Shown one piece after another: positions 1-9,802 of a DNA stretch of 64,000 nt. Below the pieces are notes generated by a model. The model was not told where the DNA came from and did not search any database. It was given only the letters and a program-made list of their open reading frames with translations. The translations under genes and the position numbers were made by a program. Position 1 is the stretch's first letter. Each line of letters begins with the position of its first letter. The stretch is from an uncultured Planctomycetota bacterium (GTDB lineage: Bacteria > Planctomycetota > Planctomycetia > Isosphaerales > Isosphaeraceae), in contig CAWJTV010000041.1 of the NCBI GenBank assembly GCA_963845755.1, positions 256,001-320,000 of the forward strand, in the 5' to 3' direction.

Positions 1-106
1 TGACGCTGAGGTCATTCAGGGACGTGCGGAGCAGCCCGCCGTCGAGCGGCCTGATGGCGACGAATGCACGGGGGAGGCCGGCCCGGGACGGAGCCCCGGT
101 GGAGGC

Positions 107-379
107 ATGGTCTTGGAAGACGCCAGCCCGAGCGTAACGAGCTACCAGGGACTCACAGTCCACGATCCCGATGAGATCGCCGCGCGGCTCGGGGGGATCA
201 ATATCAAGACGCTGATGGCGTTGATCCGCGCCCACGGTCTGGAGACCACGACGCTGGGCTACACCGAGCCGGCACGCAAGGGCGGTCGCCCGCGCCGCCT
301 CTGGGGGATGACCGACTCGCAGTTGGAAGCCCTCCTGGCCTTGCGGGATCGTGGCGGCGAGAAGAGCCCGCCGGTCTGA
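107..379 (+). CDS. Small hypothetical protein, possibly helix-turn-helix (excisionase/MerR-like) DNA-binding
   Basis: GGAGG just upstream of ATG 107; 90 aa; DPDEIAARLGGINIKTLMALIR resembles an HTH, followed by basic RKGGRPRR. Confidence 0.5.
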   Translation: MVLEDASPSVTSYQGLTVHDPDEIAARLGGINIKTLMALIRAHGLETTTLGYTEPARKGGRPRRLWGMTDSQLEALLALRDRGGEKSPPV

Positions 380-545
380 GCCGACCCGGTCGCCGACCGA
401 GTTCCTGGGGAACTGGCCTTCCGCGATTTCCGGTTTCGGGTTATCTCTTAGCCCCGCGCCCGGGCCCTGGGGCGGGTCCCGAGGGAGGGACGATTTCGGA
501 GAGAATCAGTTCGGGGTCGGGTGCTGGAGAGCGGATTGACTGCCA

Positions 546-2035
546 ATGGATCTCCCCTCGCCAAGGCCCGCCCGATCGGATGCCGGCCGATGGCCTGCGC
601 TCCGGAGCTTGTTCTCGGTCGTGTTCCTGCTCGCCTGTGCGGCGTGCCGGATGCTCGGCCTCCCGGGCCGCGATCCGGCCGGGACACCGCCCCCCGGGGG
701 CGCGGCCGTGCTCCGCGTGGAGGGGCGGCACTTCGTGGCGCCGGACGGCCGCATCGTCCTGCTCCGCGGGGTCAACCTCGGCGGTGGTAAGCTCCCTCCT
801 TTCATCCTGCTGGACGACCCGGCGGTCCTCGACCGCGTGGTCGAGCTCGGCTTCAATGCCATCCGCATGCCGTTCATCTGGGAGGCTTACGAGCCGGAGC
901 CCGGCCGTTACGACGACTCGTACCTGGCGCGGATGACGGGCGTCGCCGCGTCAGCCTGGGATCGCGGGCTCTACGTGATCGTCGACATCCACCAGGACGG
1001 ATTCGCCCGCACCGTGACCCGCGGCTGCGGCTGCGGCTTCCCGCTGTGGGCGGTCTCACCGCGCGCCAAGCCCCACGCGCCCGACAACGGCTGCGGTTGC
1101 AAGACCTGGGCCATCCAGGAACTCACCGATCCCGGCGTGCATCGTTCGTTCTCCGACTTCTATGCCGACACGTACGGTGTTCGCACGCGGTACCTCGCCA
1201 TGCTCGAGCGGGTCGCCGGTGCGTTCGCCGGGATTGCGGGCGTCGTCGGCTACGACCCGCTCAACGAGCCGTGGGGGGACGAGCGTCGCGAGATTGCGCC
1301 GCTGTACCGCGACGCGGCCGCAGCCCTCCGCGCCCGGCATCCGTCGGCCATCCTCTTCCTCGAGGCGCGGGGACCGGCCGCCGCGGGATTCCGGACCCGG
1401 CTCCCGGAGCCGGGCTTCGGCAATGTGGCGTTCGCCCCACATTATTACCATCCGCTGGCGATCGTTCGCGAAGACTGGGGCGGACAGACCGCCGCCATCA
1501 ACCGGGCGTTCAACCGGATGGAGGAGAAGGCGAACGAATGGTGCGCGCCGCTGATCCTCGGCGAGCTCGGCATCCCGGGCGACGCGCGCCGCGCCGGCGA
1601 CTACGTGGACTATCTCTACGACCGGCTCGACGCCGCACTCGCATCGGGTTTGCAGTGGAGCATCGCGCCCCGCTGGACGGTCGAGAACCGAGACGGATGG
1701 AACTGCGAAGACTTCAGCTTGCTCGATGGTGCCGGCGTGGTCCGGCCCAACTACCGGCCGCGCCCCTATCCCCATCGAGTGGCCGGTGTGCCCCGTTGCC
1801 TCCGATTCGAACCGCACGCATCGCCGCGGGGATGCCCACGACTCGAGTTCGCCTGGGACAACCGTCCCGAGCTTGGTCGAACCGAGCTGGTCGTTCCGGC
1901 CGGAGTCTTCCCCGCGGCGCACAGGTCACGATCGAGCCCGACGATGCGACCTGCCACTGGGACCCGTCGGGACGGCTCCTGTTCTGCAGCGCCCCCCGTC
2001 CCGTGACCATCCGGGTCGTCGTCGAGATCCCTTGA
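546..2035 (+). CDS. Glycoside hydrolase family 5 (endoglycoceramidase-like), probably exported; one frameshift near 1910
   Basis: LRGVNL, DIHQD, acid/base PLNEPWG, APHYY, nucleophile LGELG and RPYPHRVAG; the C-terminus (GAQVTIEPD...VVVEIP*) continues in the frame ending at 2035 after a C-run. Confidence 0.85.
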
Positions 2036-2096
2036 ACTTGATCGGCGATGCGGAGGTGACCGGTGTCTCGCGTCCCATCGCCACCAGACACCCGGA

Positions 2097-2990
2097 TCAC
2101 TGCTCGAGGTTGAAGAGCTCACCACCGGCGCGGGTGATCAGCGCATACCAGGTCTTCCGGTCCAGCTTAGCGGACAGGTGACGGACTGAGCCGTCGCACA
2201 GCGCGACGTAGAGTCGCCCGTCATGGGTCGAGCCGCTGTAGATCTTCCGGGCCAGCGGATCGTTCCCGGCATAGGCCGGGGCCGTGTTGACGTCGAACTC
2301 GCTGCCGCCCCAGCCACCGACGGCCCAGCCGAAGCTGTCGCGCTTCTCGACGAAAGCCAGCGTGTTGGACGTGCCGTCGGTGATGTCCAGGACGCTGATA
2401 TTGCGCGCCCGCGGCCTCCCGTCCTGAGCTTTGTCCTGGCAGTCGGGCGGCATGACGGTCATCATCACGCCGAGATACGACCCTTTCTGCTTCGCGAAGT
2501 CCTCGCCCCAGGGACCACGACCGCCGCCCCAGTTAGCCCCGTAGTGCCCCTTCGCGAAGGTCGATCGGCTCTCCGGGTATCGCACTTCCGCGGCCCGCAC
2601 CAGATTGATGTCGGGGTTATCCGGACAGAGGAACGTATCCATCTTATGGCGGACCACCGTATGATTTGCGGCGTGCCAGTTCTCCAGGTGGAAGTTATAC
2701 ATGTTGTAAAGAGGCGCCTGTTCGACATACGGCAAGATGATCGTGAAAACGCCGTGCCCGTTGCCGTGGCCCTCGCCCTGGACCTGGCTCATCGGGAAGC
2801 GGTTCCATGCTGTGTGGTAATTGTGGATGGCCAGGCCCATCAGTTTCAGGTTGTTCTCGCAACTCACCGCCCGGGCCGCGGCCCGGGCCTGTTGAACCGC
2901 CGGCAGCAGGAGCGCCAGCATGACGCCGACAACGGCCATCACGACCAGCAGTTCGATCAGCGCGATGCCCGCGCGGGTATTTCGTCGCAT
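2097..2990 (-). CDS. DUF1559 family prepilin-type N-terminal cleavage / H-X9-DG protein
   Basis: MRRNTRAGIALIELLVVMAVVGVMLALLLPAVQQARAAAR...CENNLKLMGLAIHNY; ITDGTSNT; H-DGRLYVALC-DG near the C-terminus. Confidence 0.92.
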   Translation of the reverse strand: MRRNTRAGIALIELLVVMAVVGVMLALLLPAVQQARAAARAVSCENNLKLMGLAIHNYHTAWNRFPMSQVQGEGHGNGHGVFTIILPYVEQAPLYNMYNFHLENWHAANHTVVRHKMDTFLCPDNPDINLVRAAEVRYPESRSTFAKGHYGANWGGGRGPWGEDFAKQKGSYLGVMMTVMPPDCQDKAQDGRPRARNISVLDITDGTSNTLAFVEKRDSFGWAVGGWGGSEFDVNTAPAYAGNDPLARKIYSGSTHDGRLYVALCDGSVRHLSAKLDRKTWYALITRAGGELFNLEQ

Positions 2991-3446
2991 CGGTGTGTCC
3001 TCCCAGGTCGAAGACTTTCTGGCGGGTCGATCGAAGGGGCTATACTCCAATCGTAGCCAGGGATTCCGGATCGGGCCAGATCTCGGCATTCGCTCCTTCG
3101 AAAAAGATCGTGGGGTTCTCGGCGAGCACGGGACGACCGGGGCTTGCGCCTCGCTGCTCACAGAGCACCTACCAACCGCCTTCGAGGCTCCTCGTACACC
3201 CTTTCATCACTAAAGGAATGAATCGGGCGAATCGATACACGATTCTTGAAAAAGTCCTGGATCACGGTTGACCCTTCGACGCCGTCCCTCCGGGTCGATA
3301 AGATGGAGCGGGTCCGGAACATCCCGGCATCGCATCAACGGTTCCACGAAGATCGCGATGTTCCCATTCCAGTACCATCCTTCCCAGAACGGCCGCGGCG
3401 CCCCGCCTACCGCGTGGCCGATCATCCAGGAAAGCGAGGTTCCACT

Positions 3447-4745
3447 ATGAGGAGATGGGTCGCATTGGTAATGGTCCTCTCGGGGATGCTGTTTCTTGCA
3501 GGGGTGTTGAGCAAGGCCGAGGAGCCCTCCAAGCCGATCCGGGCACTGCTGGTCCTCGGCGGATGTTGCCATGATTACGCGCATCAGAAGGATGTCCTCA
3601 CGCGCGGGATCTCCCAGCGCGCCCACATCGAGTGGACCGTCGCTTACGATCCCAGCACGTCCAACGCGCACAAGAATCCCGTCTACGACAATCCCGACTG
3701 GGCCAAGGGCTTCGACGTCATCGTGCACGACGAGTGTACTTCGCACGTCAACGACATGGGTTCCATCGAGACCATCCTCAGGCCCCACAAGGAAGGGATC
3801 CCCGCCGTCGTGCTTCATTGCGGCATGCACTGCTACCGCACCGAGGGCTGGCAGAAAAAAGCGACCCCCTGGATGCAACTGACCGGCGTGGTCTCCACGG
3901 GGCATGGCCCGCAGCAGCCCATCTCAGTCACCTATCTGGACAAGGCCAATCCGATCCTCGCGCCGCTGAGCGACTGGATCACCGTCAACGAGGAGCTCTA
4001 CAACAATGCGATTGGCCGGCTCGAGCCGACCGCCCACGCGCTGGCGCGGGGCAAGCAGGGCAAGGCCGAGTCGATCGTCGTCTGGACCAACACCTACAAC
4101 GGCAACACGAAGGTTTTCAGCACGACACTGGGCCATAACACCGCGACGGTCGCCAACCCGCGCTACCTCGACCTGATGACGCGCGGCTTGCTCTGGTCCG
4201 TGGGCAAGCTCGACGAGACACATCTGAGGGATGTGGCCGATCTGGTCCCCGAGGATCTTTCGCGAGGGAGGACGGCGACGGCCTCCTCGACCCAGGGCAA
4301 GGACCACCGTCCCGGCGCCGCCGTCGACGGCAATCCCGAAACCTGCTGGTGCGCGGACGGCCCCACCAGCCCGCAGTGGTGGCAGGTCGACCTCGGGAAG
4401 CCCGAGGACCTCACTGGCATGCGCATCCTCTGGGAGCAGGACGGGGTCGCCTACCAGTACAAGGTCGAGGGCTCGGAGGACGGCAAGTCGTGGACGATGC
4501 TCTCGGACCAGACCAGGAGCCGGCAGCGGGACCGGGACCGCACGCACGAGTTCCTCGCCCGAGGCGTCCGGTACGTCCGGGTGACGGCCACCGGTCTGGC
4601 GGACGGCGTCCGGGCCAGCATCGTCGAGGTCCAGGTCTACGGCACGAACAAGGTCCCGGCGGTCGGCGCAGTGCCACGCCGGTTGGGGCGATCCGGCCCG
4701 GACGGCCTGTTGAGCGAACACAGGTCGCCCGAGGGCTCCCGGTAA
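3447..4745 (+). CDS. Secreted ThuA-like domain plus F5/8 type C (discoidin) domain protein
   Basis: Signal peptide MRRWVALVMVLSG; ThuA motifs LGGCCHDY, HCGMH, EELY, TTLGH; discoidin motifs AVDGNPETCW, WWQVDLG, RYVRVT; GAGG before ATG 3447. Confidence 0.8.
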   Translation: MRRWVALVMVLSGMLFLAGVLSKAEEPSKPIRALLVLGGCCHDYAHQKDVLTRGISQRAHIEWTVAYDPSTSNAHKNPVYDNPDWAKGFDVIVHDECTSHVNDMGSIETILRPHKEGIPAVVLHCGMHCYRTEGWQKKATPWMQLTGVVSTGHGPQQPISVTYLDKANPILAPLSDWITVNEELYNNAIGRLEPTAHALARGKQGKAESIVVWTNTYNGNTKVFSTTLGHNTATVANPRYLDLMTRGLLWSVGKLDETHLRDVADLVPEDLSRGRTATASSTQGKDHRPGAAVDGNPETCWCADGPTSPQWWQVDLGKPEDLTGMRILWEQDGVAYQYKVEGSEDGKSWTMLSDQTRSRQRDRDRTHEFLARGVRYVRVTATGLADGVRASIVEVQVYGTNKVPAVGAVPRRLGRSGPDGLLSEHRSPEGSR

Positions 4746-5360
4746 CTCCGGCAGAAGTTCGCCAGCCTCAATGGCGGGACCTATGGCGACTTCGTCGTCC
4801 GCGAGTCGGGCGACGAGGTCGCGCGCGGCGACGCGCATGGCGGCCTGACTATACTCCCCTGGGAGGAGATCGATGAACGGGCCAAGGGCTCGGTACGATC
4901 AAGACCACCGGCCTGGCCGACCCCTTGACGATCCTGGCCTTCGCTTTATTGTTTGTTGGCCTATCTGGAGTCGCTTAAGTCGTAGGGCGGGCATCACCCA
5001 GGGATCTCTTGATCGCTCGTTCGACTGGCCCGAACGACCTTCCGACCAGCTATAGATCCGAGGAAGGCTCAGGCCGGCCGCTCGGCCGTGAACGTGTTTC
5101 TAGCCGCGCTTCGCTTTTGGGACGCCCGGTGTTCCGTGACCATTCACTCGGTTCCTGCGACAATGCGTCATGGACAAGGGGAATGTGCGTATTGTGCGGG
5201 CTAGGCAAGAGAGTCTGTATCGGTCGTGTCACCAGACGGGACCGGAAAACGTCTCGGACGCGACCGAATAAACTGGAAACCTGGCCCCTCAGCCGACATG
5301 ATGTACAGATAGAGAGTTCCACCTTACGACAACGCAGCCTGAGATGATCGCCCAACGACC

Positions 5361-8300
5361 ATGAGCGCGGCAAGCATCCAGCAACAGCGCAGCCGACAGG
5401 CCGTCGGGTCTGCCCTGACGCCGTTCGGGTACGATGCGGACTGCATCCGGTTCGATTGGCCATTGCCGAATGCTGAAGCAATTCAGCAATACAAGTCCCA
5501 AGACCGAGGAGATCCCGGACACCCTCCCAGCGGTAGCGTGCGTATCCTCGACGTCCTAGCGTTCTCCGACCCACGGAGGCAGGACTGGAACACGTCCGCT
5601 GTTGCGGCGGACCTTACCCAGGATGACATCGTCTGCAACGGTTCCAGCCGAGAGAAGGCGAGGGAACTCTTCCGTCTGACGGCCGCACCGATTAATCTCC
5701 TGGGTAGTCTCAGCCGGCGCAAGGTCGATGTCTGGTTCAACTGCCACGATGGTATGATCGGTGCCGAAGAGGTGGACCTGGATGTCGATGCGCTGAAGGG
5801 TGTTTTCAGGCAACACCGCTCCGCCGTCCAGCGCGACCTCCTAGCTCAACTACGACAGGAGCAACGGCACCTCTTCGACGGTTACGTCTACGCCTGCCGC
5901 GACGAGCTCGCCACGTTTCTCCAGCGCGGCGTTTCCAAGGCGACCTGGATTGTTAGAGGCCACTCGTGGGGCCAGGACAAGGAGTCGCAGGCGGCCCTGC
6001 GGGAAGCGTTCTCGCGAGTGGCCCTGGCGTCCTCGCCGCGCGTATCCTAGAAGATAAAGGGGCACTTGGCGAGGGGCGAGGCCAGTCCGTCGAGTCGCGA
6101 CAGATCCTCCGCGACGCGCACGAGATGGGACTCGTTTTTTGACACGGTGCTCGACGAAGACCTGCCCCAACTTGATGGGTGGTTCGAGCGAACTCGGGTC
6201 GATGAGATGCTACGCTGCCTGCTCAGTCATCTGACGGGGCCGATGAACTTCAGTCTGGTCACTCACGAGATGTTAGGCGATCTTTACGAGCGTGCCCTCG
6301 TCGCGGAGCGGAAGGTGGGAGGAGAGTCTTTTGTCAAACTCAAGGGGGTCCATTACACGCCGCTATCGATCACCCGACAGATCCTCGACCGCATTCCGCT
6401 TGAATTCCTCCCGCCTTCGCAGCGGTCGGTGTGCGATTTCGCTTGCGGCTCCGGGTCGTTTCTCCTCGCGGCGACGGAACGGCTGGCGAAGCTGTTCGAC
6501 CCGCGAGAGCCCGAGTCTCCGGAGGACGCGCTCTCGTACCTCAAGAATGCGGTGTTTGGCAACGACATCGACCGAGTAGCGATCCTCGTCGCGAGGCTGT
6601 CTTATTTGCTAGCGTACTGGAACAGGACGGACCTGGAGGGCAGCGTTCCATACCCTCATTTCCACAAAGGGGGCGATGCTCTGACCCTGGATTTGACCGC
6701 TGCTTTCGGTCGCCGCCCCCGCGTCATTGTCAGCAACCCTCCGTTTGATGTGGAAGGCCAACCGGCCAGTTCATTCTTGCTCCGGCGCACTGGAGATCTT
6801 GTCTCAAAACGAGGGGGTTTGGCCCAGCTACCTTGGAATGGTGATGCCCGGCGCTTTCCTGACCGGAGAACAGATATCAGAAGAAAGGCAAGGGAGAATC
6901 TTCTCAGGGTTACCGATCTCCTTGACGTCTGGGAGCTTCCTGAGCACGCCATCGGGCAGTATGCTGAAGCTCCAACCTGCGTGATCCTCGCGGAAGTGGG
7001 TAGCAAGCCATCTGGGCGCCGACTGGTGAGAGTTTCGCAGACATACAGTCGTCAGGTGGATGCGCTGTCCACACTCCGTGATGCTGCCGTCCCAACGTGG
7101 TCGTATGTTGCCTCACTCGGAGGGAGACAAGACAGGAACGGTCAGGAATCAGCAGTACTGGAGGGCCTCGCCTTTTCCACGATCGATGACCTCTGGGACC
7201 GAATGACGATCCATAAACTATTCCTGTCGATGTTAGCAGAGGCTGTCTGGGGATTTCTGCACACCAAGAAAAAGAAGAATTCTGATCCCGAGTTCTCATC
7301 CGAGGTTGAGGACGAAACTTTCGTCCCCTTCCTGAAACATCAAAGTGCTCTTGCCCCTTACGTAGTGACCCATGATGATTGGCTCGCTAGCCACGATGAT
7401 GATCAGCACTATTGGAAACGGGGAACCGGACCTCGACCTTGCCGAAAGGAACTGGCCGAAGTATGAGTCTGGAAAAGATCATTATTACGGCGCAGGGCAA
7501 CCGAAATGCCAAGTCCCAGCTCCTCGCTGCGATGGAGTTCGAGGGAATCTACCCGGGTAAGCACTTCCTTGCAGTTGTGCTCCGTGACGATTGGTCGGAC
7601 ATTATAGAGCGACGATACGCCCGTTGTCCGAGAGGAAGTGCTGATATTCTCCGTTGGCTGTGCACATCTTGAACAGCCCCCTTGGAGACGCCTGGTTCGC
7701 CGAGCAGTCTGGTCCAAGGGGGCCGCGAGCCGAGGTCGTCACGGGGATTCCCTTACCTCCATCGTACGATCCAGCGATTCCGGAAGCTGTAGCCTCAATT
7801 GCGGAACGACCTAGGCCACGAAATCTCCGTGAGTTTGCGACGTGGAATCCGGAAGCTGGGATCATCCCCGAAGACTCCGACCTCTTTGGTGAGGAGCCAG
7901 AGCAGGCCCGTCGCGACAATGATTATTGGCATGCCGTTCATCAACTAAATGAGCTCGTGGTCCGCAGCTACGGTCTGAGCCAGTTCGATCGCTCACGGGT
8001 GCTGGCCTACCTCCGCGGGATGACCGATCCCTGGGCCGATCACTTGAGTAGCGTGGCGACGCTGCCCCCCCACACATTCTTACGCGTGCTTCGGGGTAAG
8101 ACGATTGGCGTAGATCTGCTGCGCCAGGAACTGAAGGCCGAGCTCTCGTGGCGAACACTAGGAGGTGGCAAGACGGTCGCAATTCCGATCCCCAAGTTCA
8201 TGCCGGGCTGGGCGCTCGGCGAGGGCCAGGAATTCACCTGCCGCGCTCCCCGCGGATGCGTCGTTGGTGATGATCGAGGCGAACCCGTGGCTCCTGCGAG

Positions 8301-8383
8301 ATTTCCTGCCCGTTTCGTACAGTTACTTGAGCGTGGAGGCCCTGGAGGAGATGGTGGGTTATAAGAAGGTGGTCGGCCGATGA
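5361..8383 (+). CDS. Large (about 1000 aa) N6-adenine DNA methyltransferase, type IIG/Eco57I-like architecture; about 7-8 frameshifts
   Basis: Joined fragments give LAARILEDKG, LGDLYE, KGVHYTP, motif I DFACGSGSFL, GNDID, motif IV VIVSNPPF, GMVMPGAFL, and a TRD-like region (ILNSPL...LNELVVRSYGLS); the last fragment's TGA (8381-8383) overlaps the next ATG. Confidence 0.8.
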
Positions 8384-9468
8384 CAGGGGCTGCTTCAGGA
8401 GACCTCCGCGTCAGCATGCTGGACGTCGGCGAGGGGGACGCCATCGTTGTTTTTCTTCCCGGCACGCGCCGGGCGTTGGTCGTGGACGCCTTCGATGGCA
8501 AGCGTGTGGTCCGCGCCCTCGAAGAGAACGCGATCGACGAGATTGTTCTGTTCCTCAGCCACTCGGATCAAGACCATGTCGCAGGTGTCCAATACCTCCT
8601 CGACAACTTCCGCGGTCGCTTCCTGGCTTTTTTCTACAATAGGGACCGCCTAAACGCTCGGCTCGGTTCAACGTACGTCGAACTTCTCCGAAGCGTGGCG
8701 CGAGCAACGAGGGAGCAGGCAGCGAGAAATGAGAACGCCTGGAGCGGGGATTTCAACACCAATCTCAGCTCCGATATCCGGTTTCCTCAGCTCACGCAGA
8801 CACCCGTTTCCCTCGAAATCCTGCACCCGACGCACGACGAACAGAACAGCCTGCTGGGCACCTCGACTAACGAGACGTCTGGCATACTCCGGATTGTCTA
8901 CACGTTTCCGGACGAGGGGACGCGTAAGATTCTCTTGACCGGGGACGTGCAGCTAACCGGCATGTCTTGTCTCCTGCATCGCTTTCGGAACTCACCCGAC
9001 AGGCTGCGGGCGGATGTCCTGAAGTTCCCCCACCACGGGGCCTGGCCATCGGGCCACCCCGGGATCAGTCAATTTCGAGGAGTCGAGAAGCGCACCCTGA
9101 TGGACCTTCTGGAGGCGGTCGATCCCGAGATCGTCGTCCTTTCGGTCGGCACGGAGAACAATCACGGCCATGTACGTCCGGAGGTTTTCGCCGCGCTTGG
9201 CACGCTTCGGAGCCGGAAGCTACGGATAAAGCGATTCGTATGTACGCAGATCACGCGGACCTGCCTGCACGCGACCGCTCACGGCGTCGCGGCTGCGTGC
9301 GGCGGAGACGTCGAGGTCCGCATCGGCGAAGGCCTGCCAAGCCGCATCGAAGTCGTCCCCTCGGAACCTGACCACCTTTCACGCATCCTCTCCCTGACCG
9401 ATCGGAAACACGCTGCCTGCGCAGCTTTTCTACCCGATTCAGGGGCTTCGATCAGCAACCAGCGGTGA
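8380..9468 (+). CDS. MBL-fold metallo-hydrolase, ComEC/Rec2-like (putative nuclease), no membrane domain
   Basis: LDVGEGDAI, SHSDQDHVAG (HxDxDH), LLTGD, KFPHHG, SVGTENNHGH; intact ORF with ATGA overlap on the methyltransferase. Confidence 0.85.
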   Translation: MTGAASGDLRVSMLDVGEGDAIVVFLPGTRRALVVDAFDGKRVVRALEENAIDEIVLFLSHSDQDHVAGVQYLLDNFRGRFLAFFYNRDRLNARLGSTYVELLRSVARATREQAARNENAWSGDFNTNLSSDIRFPQLTQTPVSLEILHPTHDEQNSLLGTSTNETSGILRIVYTFPDEGTRKILLTGDVQLTGMSCLLHRFRNSPDRLRADVLKFPHHGAWPSGHPGISQFRGVEKRTLMDLLEAVDPEIVVLSVGTENNHGHVRPEVFAALGTLRSRKLRIKRFVCTQITRTCLHATAHGVAAACGGDVEVRIGEGLPSRIEVVPSEPDHLSRILSLTDRKHAACAAFLPDSGASISNQR

Positions 9469-9802
9469 ACCTCGCTCACGGATGACGCGCGGATTAGATC
9501 GGGCCGATTGCCTGAATTCTCGTTGGTGATCCGTGTCGGACTGTGTGATTCGTGGTGAAAAGCCAAACCGCTGACGATCACCGAGTGATCCCGGAATTCC
9601 TTGCATGAATTACGCCCACAGACACGGGGTGGGCTGAGTTCGCCGAGTCGATCCCCGCAGTGGTCACGAAACCGATCCAGTCGCGTTCGTGACGAGATTC
9701 CCGGACACTGTGGCCCACTCACGGCCGCGCGAAGACTCTCAATCTGTGCATGCGCGAACGGAGCCGGGTTGTGACCGTTTTGGCGAAGTCCTTGCCGATC
9801 GC

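Noticed and set aside
8380..9468. Competence gene comEC or a beta-lactamase
   Set aside because: No membrane competence domain or signal peptide; the motifs are ComEC-type MBL and the context is a methyltransferase operon.
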